64,000 bases of DNA from Eledone cirrhosa (taxonomy: Eukaryota). Shown here piece after piece: positions 14,528-25,535 of this stretch. The position numbers and the translations under genes are program-made. Below the pieces are notes generated by a model, which had not been told where the DNA came from, did not search any database, and saw only the letters and a list, made by a program, of their open reading frames with translations. The stretch is from the NCBI GenBank assembly GCA_964016885.1, contig OZ024741.1:251844001-251908000 (forward strand). Direction: 5' to 3'. The first letter of the stretch is position 1, and each line of letters starts with the position of its first letter.

Positions 14528-14675
14528 GGCGAATTGGCAGTGTCATTAGAATGTCAAACAGAATGCTTCATCGTATTCATTCCAGCTCTCTGTGTTAAAA
14601 TCCCGTCGAGGTCAACTTTGCCTTTCATCCTTTCAAGGTTGATTAAAAAAGTACCAGTTTAGTACTAGGGTTGAT
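14528..14675 (+). mobile_element. SINE family B copy (diverged)
   Basis: GGCGAATTGGCAG head and CGAGGTCAACTTTGCCTTTCATCCTTTC...GTACCAG core shared with many copies in the window. Confidence 0.75.
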
Positions 14676-15184
14676 TCTTCCTCTATATGTCTTTCTCACT
14701 ATCACTATATATCACTAAAGTTCACAGAGGAGATGATGAAAGACCGTGACAAATGAAGAGATGCTATGCTGCAGAAGACCATCCCACCCTTGCAAGCAAG
14801 GAATAGCGGACGTAACATGATGATGATAATGATCCTTCTCTGGAAGAAATCTCCTGTATTCAGGCCTGGAAAGGGATGAGCTTCGCAAAGCCTTAAAATG
14901 CCTGAAAAACGTTATGTTATCATGGCACCCATATGACTCCATCAGTAGTTACAGTACCATACCACACCAATTCTTCTTACTACAAAATCAATCAATGTTT
15001 TTTTTAAAGTTATGTTATGGAGTTTTACAATACCATCTGGCAGTATTTAGCAGTATCTGTAATAGCATTTATGACTAGTTATATTCTAGTATCATCTACG
15101 ATTGGTGAATTTAGTGCTGTTTGTAGTACTATTTTTGATTAGAAGAAGAAATAGAAGAAAAGGAAGAAAAAGAAGAAGAATTGA

Positions 15185-15192
15185 ACTTACCA
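15185..15192 (-). other. 5' splice donor ending the protocadherin exon
   Basis: Minus strand reads TTG|GTAAGT; the downstream ORF is a CT-rich low-complexity run. Confidence 0.8.
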
Positions 15193-17608
15193 ATAGAACT
15201 GATGGGGGTCTTTTCTCTGGTGTTAATGTTGTCGTCCATTCACTCTGTGATTCATATTGTGGATAGAACTCACATTTTGGTTCAAGAATCTGTGTGTTTC
15301 TATTTCTCATATCTGTTTGTTGTTTGTTAGCAGTTTGAGTTTTACTACTGTGAGCAACCACTTGCTGAGTATCCCTGTTACATACAACTGTTCGATCAAC
15401 AGCCCTACTGTTCCTTGATCTAGATTGACCACAGTTACATTTCACAATACACAGTGTGATGGACACCACTATGACCACAGATACTATTACAGCTGCTACT
15501 ACAATGATAATTAGCAATGTTAAGTCTATAGCAGCATCTGGCTGTAAATGAGATCCTGTCATTATAGATGATGTCCTGTTACTGACTGTCACACTCAAAG
15601 ACACAGTAGTTGTGGCTGACATCACTGGGGTACCAGAATCTTTTACCACAAGCACCAGTTGATATGAGCCAGCTTCATTGAGATAAGGTGGACGTGAGAA
15701 AGACAAATGACCAGTAAAAGAGTTAACTTTAAACAACTGTTTATTGTTACCATCAAGTATTCCATATTTGAGGAAGGCATTTAAATGGCTGTCTCTATCA
15801 GAGGCTCTAATCACAGTGATTTCATTAGTACTTAGTGTATGGTAGTGGACATCAAGTGTGAAAGGGTCGACACTAGGAAATGTAAAATAAGGAGCATTAT
15901 CGTTCTCGTCTAAAACCTCTACAATAACATTGGCAGTGTTGTTCAGTGAAGGTGTTCCTTTATCTTGGACAAAAACTTTGAATTTATAGACGTCTTGTTG
16001 TTCTCTGTCCAGTACTATAGAGGTTGAAATAAAACCATAGTCGGTCACTTTGAATGGTATACCGTTTATATTATCGCTAATTAAACTATAAGATAGTTGA
16101 CCACCAGCTTCTAAGTCCTGGTCAGTGGCATTAATGAAACCAATTGGAAAGTTAGGTATACCATTCTCATAGGTGAGGAATTTAAATGTATTTTTGGTAA
16201 ATTGAGGTTTGCCATCGTTGATATCTGTTACTTGGATAAATATTTTTCTGTTTGTTTTCAAAGAAGGAGATCCTTTGTCTTCACAAGAAATACTGATGTC
16301 ATAATGATCTCGTGTTTCTCTGTCCACTGGTTTTTTTAAAGTTATTTTGTATTCATTTGATCCTAAATCTAAAAGAAGGAAATTATCATGGTATAGTTTA
16401 CATTCCACCTCACCATTCTGTCCAATGTCATTATCAATAATACTGACATACGCTATGAAACTGCCGACTTTGGTTCCTTCAGAAATAGCTGCTGTATTCT
16501 CTTTAATCTGGGTAACAAAGTTTATATCAATTTCAGGTGGATTGTTCCTTTCATTGATCACATTCACTACAACAATGGCAGTAGAGCTTCTTGGAGGATT
16601 TCCACCATCTTTGGCCACGATAAATAGTTCATAGTTTTGTTTTTTAGCCCTTCTGAAAGCTTCTTGCAGAAATATTTCCCCTGTCATGTGATTGAGTCTG
16701 AAATAAGCTTTCACTTTAACTGGCGTTTGTGAACTGAACAAATAAGTAACTTGGCCATTTTCTCCAGAATCTAAATCTTTAGCAGACACCATTGCAATTG
16801 GCCTGTTTCTTTGATGTGTGTTTTTTACTGTGATATTATAAATACCTTTACTAAATATTGGTGAGTTATCATTTAAGTCAATGACAGATATGTGTACATT
16901 TAAAATGCCTTGTTTTGATGGATAACCTCCATCTTTGGCAATAACTTGGAGTTTATAAGAATCTTTTACCTCCCTGTCTAATTTTCTTGCCAAAATAATT
17001 CCTAGTTCAAAGCTACCAGTGATGGTTTTCCTCACAGACAACGTAAATGGTAGATCTGGTTTATTTCTTAACTGATATGTTATCTTTGAATTCACAACTC
17101 CTACATCTTTATCCATGGCATGGGATAAAGTTTTGATTGTACCGATTCCATCTGTCTCATAATACAAAATATTCTCTACTCTTTCGGGAAACTCTGGATG
17201 GTGGTCATTAACATCCTCTATGATTACTTTCACTTTTAAAATTTTCATAAACATGTCTGCTTGTCTGACAGCAACTTTTACAATACTAAAGCAATCTTTT
17301 TTGGGACTACACAGCAGTTCTGCATCCAGTATCTGAGCTGTGTAAAGTTTACCTGATTTTGTCACATTGAATAATTGATGATGACCAAATTTCCTTTGAT
17401 GAAGTTGATGAAATATAGTCAGAAGAGAATCCTGGTATGGGGACATATTTAGAAGGAGAAAATCTGCAGCAATATCACCAATGTAGGTTCCAGAATTGCG
17501 TTCTTCTTTAACATGGTAAGTGATATCAACTAAACACAAGAAGCCGGGGAAGAGAAGAAAGTTTAATGCTAATGTTATCAACACATGCCAACATGTAAAT
17601 CTAGTCAT
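15191..17608 (-). CDS. Protocadherin, main coding exon: signal peptide, EC1-EC6, TM, proximal cytoplasmic tail; spliced at 3' end
   Basis: Cadherin motifs in the 901-aa ORF: EExxxGTxIGDIA, C-X5-C in EC1, DVNDHHPEF, DLNDNSPIF, DINDGKPQF, DENDNAPYF, LDRE, AxDGGxP, DxDxGxNG. Hydrophobic leader starts MTRFTCWHVLITLAL (ATG 17608). TM LLIIIVVAAVIVSVVIVVSITLCIV. Phase-0 donor TTG|GTAAGT at 15191/15190. Confidence 0.95.
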
Positions 17609-17618
17609 CACTAAATAT

Positions 17619-17670
17619 CTGTGATGGAGGGGAAATATCAAACCTGGAAGAGAAGAAAACTTTGTGAGTT
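17619..17670 (-). other. Candidate 3' splice acceptors upstream of the protocadherin ATG
   Basis: Minus strand: CTCAC...GTTTTCTTCTCTTCCAG|G (intron ends 17644) and a second TTTCCCCTCCATCACAG|A (ends 17619). Confidence 0.6.
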
Positions 17671-17920
17671 TCATGAGGAAATAATGGAATATAGAAGACA
17701 GTTTCAACAACAATAAAAGAGACAAAAAAAAAAGGAAAGTTTTCTTACCACAGGCTAATTTAAGGTTTATGACAAGAGATAACTTCATATAAATCAAATA
17801 ATGAATGAATTATCCATGACAAATGCCAGCGTGAAGTGTGAACTTTGTAAGAACCAGCAATTTGAGGCATAAAAGGTAAACAGGCTCAATATATAAGTGT
17901 ATGCACACACACACATACGG

Positions 17921-17956
<36 letters not shown>

Positions 17957-18360
17957 TAATAAAGCTGACGGCCGTATGTATGTAACAAACTTTTCGCCAA
18001 ACGGCTGAACGAAGCGGCACCAAATTTGCACCATAGATGTAACTCTTTCCAAGTAAGAAAGTGAGGGTATTTTTGTCTACTAAATTTCGTTAAAAGATTA
18101 AAGATATTTTATTGCTTATTTAAATATTCACTTCTTTAAAATTTTCAAATGTCAACACTTCCAGTTAGCGATCTCTTTCTTTCTTAGTCTGTCTTTTTAG
18201 ATAGATACATAGCTATAACATCGCGCCCTTATAATATGACTCTGTATGTCTGGCTGTCTGCATTATGAAAACCGTTCTGTACATTGACTTCGCTATCTGT
18301 GTGTGTATATATGTATATATATAGTGTGTATATAGATATATATAGTGTGTATATATATAG
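17957..18360 (+). mobile_element. Helitron 5' fragment (same family as 19444-20840)
   Basis: TAAAGCTGACGGCCGTATGTATGTAACAAACTTTTCGCCAAACGGCTG... is near-identical to 19452 onward for ~300 bp. Confidence 0.8.
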
Positions 18361-18561
18361 TGTTAGTATCATAAATAAGGGACAGTTTAATTTGTACATT
18401 TTATTACAGCATTCCTTTATACGTATATATACGTATATATACATACATAAACATGTTATTTACAGTTGTATAAAAAAGAAGTATAATTGTTTCTACTTTT
18501 GGCACAAGGCCAGAAATTATCCCAGTACATTACTGATACTTTATTATATATCATATATAAG

Positions 18562-18752
18562 GGCGGTGGATTGGCAGTATCGGTAGAGAGTCGGATGCCA
18601 TGCTTTGACGCATAGAGTTACGGCCCTTGCCATTCTGAGTTCAAATCCCGCCAAGGTTAACTTTGCCTTTCATCCTTACGGGGTCGATAAAATAAAGTAC
18701 CAGTAATACACTGGATAATTACTGGCCTTGTGCCAAAAGTAGAAACAATTAT
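18562..18752 (+). mobile_element. SINE family B, full-length copy
   Basis: tRNA-like head (TGGCAGTATCGG A-box-like; GAGTTCAAATCCC B box); near-exact reverse-complement copy at 31791-31970. Confidence 0.85.
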
Positions 18753-18946
18753 ATATAATATATATAATACGACATTCCTCTCTCTTTCTTACTCTGTCTT
18801 TTTAGATACATAGCTATAACGTCGCGCGCTTATAATATCTGTCTGTATATCTGCCTGTCTGCATTGACTTCACTTCTAACCAACTTTTAATTAGTTATAT
18901 ATATATATATATATATTATTATATATTTGTGTACATAATTTCATAT

Positions 18947-19293
18947 GGAGGCACATGGCTTAGTGGTTAGAGCATTGGCCTTGCAATCGAAAGGTTGTGT
19001 GTTCAATTCTCAGACCGGGTGATGTGTTGTTTCCTTGAGCAAGACACTTTATTTCACATTGCTCCAGTTTACTCAGCTGTAGAAATGAGATGATAGGAAT
19101 GGGGTCCATATCATTCCGCTGCAAAGTGGTCGTGGAGGTGCCATGGCAAAAAAACACCCAGCACTCACTGTAAATGAGGTTGGTGTTAGGAAGGGCATCC
19201 AGCTGTAGAAATCAAGCCAAAATCAGTTTCCGTCCCACCCTTGCAAGCAGGGAAAAAGCGGACGTAAAATGAAATGATGATGATGAATGATGA
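18947..19293 (+). mobile_element. SINE family A (tRNA head + RTE-like 3' tail), ~340 bp
   Basis: A box TGGCTTAGTGG, B-box-like GTTCAATTC, GGAAGGGCATCCAGC tail segment, (ATG)n end; near-identical to 22661-22988 and 60074-60410. Confidence 0.9.
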
Positions 19294-19443
19294 TTTTCAA
19301 CAGTACTATATATTTTCAACAGTAATACTATACTATATATTTTTAACAATAATACTGTACTATATATTTCCAACAGTAATACTATACTATATATTTTCAA
19401 CAGTAATACTGTACTATACTATATATTTTCAACAGTAATACTG

Positions 19444-20840
19444 TCTATAATATAAAGCTGACGGCCGTATGTATGTAACAAACTTTTCGCCAAACGGCTG
19501 GGCCAAAGAGCACCAAATTTGCACCATAGATGTAACTTTTTCCAAGTAAAAAAGTGAGGGTATTTTTGTCTACTGAATTTTGTTAAAAGATTAAAGTTAT
19601 TTAAATATTCATTTCTTTAAAATTTCAAACGTCAACACTTCCGGTTATACAACGTTCCTCACTTTTTCTTATGACGTCGCACAACATTCCCCTCTTTTTC
19701 TTAGTCTGTCTTTTTAGATAGATACATAGCTATAACGTAGCACCCTTATAATATGTCTCTGTATGTCTGCTGTCTGCATTAGATAACGTTTTTCGAAATA
19801 TTTACTTCTGCGTTCACATATTGATTTTTTTTAGTTTCATAAGACCCCGTTACGGGTGAAAGCCTTTGCTTACACTTTAATCTGTTATTTTAATATATAT
19901 ATTCGTGTACAGATATTTTTGCATACACAAAAACAAAAACCTATTTATTTCATTGTTACTGTTCGAGGTTAGAGGACCACAGTCTTTCCAAGATCTGAGA
20001 ACCATCAATGGCCATCAAAGTTCCACTTATCGTTTGGCTTGCCAGACGTGTGGTATGCTACACGACGACAGCCATTGGCACCTCACCCTGAAAGACGCAG
20101 CAACTGCTAAGTCCCTTCTCAGTTGCGAAAAATTTTTGCGATTATGCTGCACAACTGCAATCTCGCCGACCCTCTCGCACTGTGGAACAACCACCGCGAA
20201 TGTCTACCTGAGGACATCTTCCAACTCACACGCAGACACAATCCGAACGTAACATACGATGTCGTTTTCAATGAGGCGCTCATTTGTCTTGAAAACAGTG
20301 TCCTGGAGATTGGTAGTAGGCCTCTAAGTCACTACAGCTTACCTGCTCCTGACAGGAGTCTCCAGAGGTCAACGTCTACAGAGCTTCTCCACGAGACGAG
20401 CTACGAGATAAGTGCTTCTCCCATGGTCAATTGTATGTAGGATGCTCTAGGGTGAGCTCGCCAAACAATCTCTTCATCTTTGCTCCGGAGGGCCGAACAA
20501 AAAATATTGTATATTCTGAGGCTCTAACAATGTAATTTAAATATTTTCTGTTACTTGGAATTTCCATTATGGTTGTACAAAATAATTGTTTGTTAAAAAA
20601 TGTGTTCTCTGTTCAACCTTTATTGTTGTAACTATCAATTTTCTTTAAGGTACTGGTTGCTGAACTAGGGAATCCTAAAAACTATTCAAACCTAACATCA
20701 GAGCACGTTAACCCCCCCCCCCCTTAACCTTGCAGACTTGAGAGGGCGTGCGTTATCTTTGCACTGGAGTGGAGGGAGGATTCCTGAAAAGATAAAATGT
20801 TGGTATACCTAGCCAGGCGCCTGCCGGACGGGCCAGATAG
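19444..20840 (+). mobile_element. Non-autonomous Helitron with internally deleted RepHel remnant
   Basis: 5' TCTATAATATAAAG; 3' GC-rich hairpin GCCTGCCGGACGGGC then ATAG|T; no TSD; RepHel-like peptides inside. Confidence 0.85.
19950..20535 (+). pseudogene. Helitron Rep/PIF1-helicase fragments (frameshifted, central helicase domain deleted)
   Basis: LLLFEVRGPQSFQDLRTINGHQSSTYRLACQTCGMLHDDSHW, then LRKIFAIMLHNCNLADPLALW, then in a third frame (20413-20535) CFSHGQLYVGCSRVSSPNNLFIFAPEGRTKNIVYSEAL*, the typical Helitron helicase C-terminus. Confidence 0.9.
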
Positions 20841-20862
20841 TACTATATATTTTCAACAGTAA

Positions 20863-21831
20863 TCTATATATCTAAAACAGAGAATGTCTGACTCCCTAAA
20901 ATTTGAGAACCACCCAACCGATTTTTTTTCAAACTTTACACATGTAATACTTAATGTCATGTGAGTTTATAGAGCAAAACAAATTTCAAATTAGCAATGC
21001 CCTAGGGACCGCATTAGGCGCCGAACGTCGCGCCCTTATAATATCTGTCTGTATGTCTGGCTGTCAGGATTACAACATTATGACGCTATCTGTATGTGTG
21101 TGTGTATATATGTATATATAGTGTGTGTATATATATATATATATATAGTGTGTAACGTTTTTCGAAATATTTACTTCTGCGTTCACAGATTGATCTTTTT
21201 AGTTTCAGAAGATCCCGTTAAGGGTGAAAGCAGCGATTCTTTGCTTAAACTTTAATCTGTTATTTTAATATATATATATATATAATTATATATTCGTATA
21301 CAGATATTTTTGCATACACAAAAACAAAATATAAACAGCAGCAAAAACAACAACAAAAAAGAGAGGGAACGCAATTACATGCTTTTGAAAAATCGTAATG
21401 GAAAATTATTTGGCTATTCACCGAAGGCGACTTCACTTTTTATTAGGACTTCTGCATCAATTGGTGAACATACGATGAAACATTGAAAGGAGTAAGACCA
21501 CACCACTCTCCACCACTGCAGTCCCACATGCTTACTGCTCTGTAACTATTGCTTTCACTGTACCATAGCACAACAAATACATGTTCGATTTGTCGAATGC
21601 CTTTTTACTTAACCCTATCGTCTTGGCTTTCGTGGGTTGAACATTTTACTCTCAGGCACCCAATTAAGTTAAACCCCTGGTAATCTACGACAATTTTTTT
21701 TTATAAGCACAAAATGTAGACACCAATCCGAGGCCGAGGTATTCCGTACTTCTCTGTACTGTTTCAGAAAGGAGGGATAAACATGCCAATCTATGTTTAG
21801 AATCCTGAGCAATGCCGGGCCATTCTGCTAG
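20863..21831 (+). mobile_element. Second non-autonomous Helitron
   Basis: A|TCTATATATCTAAAA start; CCTGAGCAATGCCGGG hairpin followed by CTAG|T end; inserted at an AT dinucleotide with no TSD. Confidence 0.85.
21201..21251 (+). ncRNA. Type I hammerhead-like motif with variant core CAGAAGA (other copies 19833-19876, 24088-24137)
   Basis: AGTTT-CAGAAGA-tCCCgttaaGGGt-GAAA-GCA(n9)TGC-TT-AAACT: stems I, II and III all pair; core has A at position 4. Confidence 0.5.
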
Positions 21832-22660
21832 TACTATACTATATATTTTCAACAGTAATACTGTACTATATATTTTCAACAGTATACTATACTATATATT
21901 TTCAACAGTAATACTGTACTATATATTTTCAACAGTATACTATACTATATATTTTCAACAGTAATACTATACTGATAGACCCTCATAACCATATATATTC
22001 TGAAACTACATTGCCCAGGGTACTTGGATAAGTATATTTCATTTCAATCAAGGCATTCCCTGGGGGCACAAACTGCCACTGAAAACCCCCACTGAAAATT
22101 TTTTCCCTTCAATTTATATGAAATTTAAACCATAGGTAAATGACAAGATATGATGCCTATTCACAAAAGTTTTGAATTGATATTTTGAAAAAAGTTATTT
22201 ACAAGAAACAAAATAAGAATAAGATATATAATGCAATTTTGATTTGATATATTACAAAAAATGTTTTCCAATTTTTCATGCATTACATTTTATATTGAGT
22301 AATATTGAAATGCAGAGTTTTAGCCATAAATTATATCACTGATTTAAAATCAATCATCATTTTCTTACAAAAAAAATGTGTGAAATGCAGCAAGGCACAG
22401 GTAATTCGGCTATATATATATATATATATATATATATACTCTCAGCTGCTAAATAATAGTGGGAATTGGAAAATCGATAATTTTCCTAGGTTTTCTCCCT
22501 TGATTTGTTTAAAAATCAGAATTAGTCATTTAGTTTACATATTGAAACCCAAAACCCATCCTATTTTTGTCATGTATAATGTTTTTCATGTCTAAAGATA
22601 ATTAATTGTTGCAGGAATGTTACCACTTAAAATAACATTTTGCTGGAGATGATTTGATGA

Positions 22661-22988
22661 TTTCATTTTACGTCCGCTTTTCCCTGCTTGCAAGGGTGGG
22701 ACGGGAACTGATTCTGGCTTGATTTCTACAGCTGGATGCCCTTCCTAACACCAACCTCATTTACAGTGTGGGCTGGGTGCTTTTTTGCCGTGGCACCTCC
22801 ACGACCACTTTACAGTGGAATGATAGGGACCTCAGTCCCTATCATCTCATTTCTACAGCTGAGTAAACTGGAGCAATGTGAAGTAAAGTGTCTTGCTCAA
22901 GGAAACAACACATCATCCGGTCTGAGAATTGAACTCACAACTTTTCGATTGCAAGGCCAATGCTCTAACCACTAAGCCATGTGCTTTC
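22661..22988 (-). mobile_element. SINE family A copy
   Basis: Reverse complement of 18947-19293. Confidence 0.9.
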
Positions 22989-24189
22989 ATTAGATAGATT
23001 AGCAAAATTTAATAAACAGGAGTGGGATGGAATCTGGAAAAGGAATAAACAGTGGGGGAACAATTATTTGAGACCCTAGAGTATATATATATGGCTTGCA
23101 CTGCTTACACAAACCATTTACTTAAGCCTAGTTTTCTTAAAATCCACCAGACCAAAGAGTGTGGTATCCTGGTATCCTATCAAAGGCCTTTTATAAGTAA
23201 AAAAATGCTTGGTATAGTGGTTTACTCTTGGCTAAAAAATTCTCTTGCAGTTGTCTTACCAACAAGAGAGCACCACTCGTACTACAGTCTGGTACAAATC
23301 AAATCAAATTCTCCTCCTAATCAGTTGTGCTAAATCGTTTTTTTACTTTCCTAATGGCATGCATCAGTTTCATACTTCTGTAGTTCTAGAACATCACCTT
23401 CACCTTTGTAGTATTTAATGATGATACCACAACACCATTCATCAGGTATGACACCACCCTGTATTAATTACTTGACTATGTGAAAGACTTCTCAAGCCCT
23501 ACTTTGCAAAATATTTTCAGGATCTCTGTGACTATCCCAGATGACTCAGCAGTTTTTCCTTTCTTTATATCTCTAATGGTTTCTTTGACCATATAACCAT
23601 TAACATGATATTGTACAGATTCAAATTTATAGTACACTTTAGCTGCTTAGTGGACAACTTAACATATAATTGAATTAGCTATTGCCATAAGCACTAATAA
23701 TATGCAATTTGACACATCCAGTTCGCTGTTACTGCCATATTTGATGGTTTTATAAAGCCGGTAGTTACATATTTCTCTGTGGATTATATAAGAAATAGAT
23801 AGTTTCTAGAGATGATTCTAACAAGAACTGAAACTTTGGTCATCCTTTTCAATCTACAGAGAAAGACATAAAGAGGACATGTTTATATTTATAAATATGT
23901 CTATGTACATTGACATTTCTCACAGCTTCAGTTAAATTCTCTACTGTTTCTGTACAGATGTAAGTTTAAAGTATACTTTAGCTGCTTCGTAAACAATGTA
24001 CTATATATACACACACACATATATATATATACATATATATAGTAATAATAATAAATACTAAGACTAAAATCCAAAGAGGGCTCAATTAGTTTCAGAAGAC
24101 CCCGTTAAGGTGAAAGCAGCGTTTCTTTGCTTAAACTTTAATCTGTTATTTTAATAAATAAATATATATATATATATATATATTTGAAA

Positions 24190-25444
24190 TGAGTAACTCA
24201 TCCCAAGTACTGAAAAAAAGAAAGAAATGACCTCACCATAGCATGTTATTAGAGTTATATCAAATAAATACCACTGTCTAAAACATGTTCAATTGAGATT
24301 ATATATTAAGGGAGTTATGAATGCTCAAAATTTATATATCACCCGGGTATGGGGAGATACAATCACTAGCTATCTTCAAGTTATCAAAAACTGTTGTACT
24401 TAATTAGGGAAAGGTATACTCAGTTGTTGAAGACATACTCCAAAAATAGCATTTTTTTCGTGAAGCAGGGTTAAGCCTTACTCACTTGATTGAAGAATCT
24501 AAGAAGTATAAATTGTTAACTACTCAGTTTGAACACAAAGGAAAATGGAATGATATTTAGCTGCCACCAGAACAATTAAAATCCTTCAAAATAACAATTT
24601 CAAAAAACTCAAAAGAGGATGCAAAAGGACTCCATAACAATATTACACAATCAAACTGCTTTAACAAATGGGTCAGTTATACAGATGGCTCACATTCCGA
24701 CAATGGAATATGATGTAGAGCTATACGGTCTTTTATAAACAATAATACAAACATACGCCTCAGATTACACCAGGATTTTACAATATTTAATGCAGGGAGG
24801 CAGGGATTGATATTATTCATGGGCTTGACTAAAGAAAGGCGATGGGGAAAAGGTTTTCTGTTCACTGATAGTTTATCAAACCAGAGCAGATGAATGAGCA
24901 AAAGAGGGAGGACGAAGGGAAGTAATAGATATAAATTACATTCCAAATCTATCATAAATCAAATCATTTAGCAAAAACATAATTAGTGAAGGGTGGGAAA
25001 ACTTTTGGGGAAGAATATAGAGGTAAGCAATCAAATTTTAATCCTCAATTATCTCAGTCAGATCTGTCAACATTTAAAATATATCAGGCACTGAATAAGG
25101 TTTATATACAAAGACTATGTTGGATTCAAATGGGTCATATACCGTCAAACTATATTTTATCAAAAACTATAGAATCACTTTTATGTTTTTGTGGAGATTA
25201 TCCAGAAACTCTATGGCACTATTTGTCCCAATGTAAAAGCTACCAGTCTGAAAAAAGGGTCATCTTGAAGCTGGTCTTTAGAAAACTACCAAGATTTGAG
25301 GTGCAATATATTGTCAAGGATATACCAAACATAAATAATATATTCCAGTACATGGAGGCTGCAAAATATTCAACAAGAGAAATATTTAACTACTTCATAG
25401 CTGTCTTTTTCACCACTCTTAGTTTCCGTCAACAGAAACATTAA
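24190..25444 (+). pseudogene. Decayed non-LTR retrotransposon ORF 3' end with C-terminal zinc knuckle
   Basis: ORF 24986-25444 contains CFCGDYPETLWHYLSQCKSY (CxC..ETxxHxLxxC type) preceded by RLCWIQMGH; the left boundary is approximate. Confidence 0.6.
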
Positions 25445-25535
25445 CGCATTAGCACTTCTAAAGGGAAGAGAAAAGGAAGAAGAAAAAGGAAAATGAAAAG
25501 GAGAAAAAGAATGATTAAGTAGCAAAAGAAAGGAA

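Larger units (their letters stand above)
19294..21975. repeat. ~28-bp minisatellite (CAACAGTAATACT[A/G]TACTATATATTTT) split by two Helitrons
   Basis: Units at 19294-19443, 20841-20862 and 21832-21975 join in register when the inserts are removed. Confidence 0.85.

Noticed and set aside
15092-15190. Second TM-like segment at the ORF C-terminus
   Set aside because: It follows a perfect GTAAGT donor and is encoded by a CTT-rich low-complexity run; likely intronic
16347-16634. 95-aa plus-strand ORF
   Set aside because: Antisense shadow of the protocadherin exon with a non-ATG start
17609-17797. 63-aa N-terminal extension of the protocadherin ORF
   Set aside because: It spans polypyrimidine tracts and AG acceptors; a good signal peptide starts at ATG 17608
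18947-19020. tRNA gene
   Set aside because: The tRNA-like A/B boxes are the head of a multi-copy SINE that continues into a shared body and tail
23795-23850. GATGA-TTCT..AGAA-CT-GAAAC-TTTG-GTC hammerhead-like string
   Set aside because: Lacks the CT of CTGANGA and has no stem I pairing
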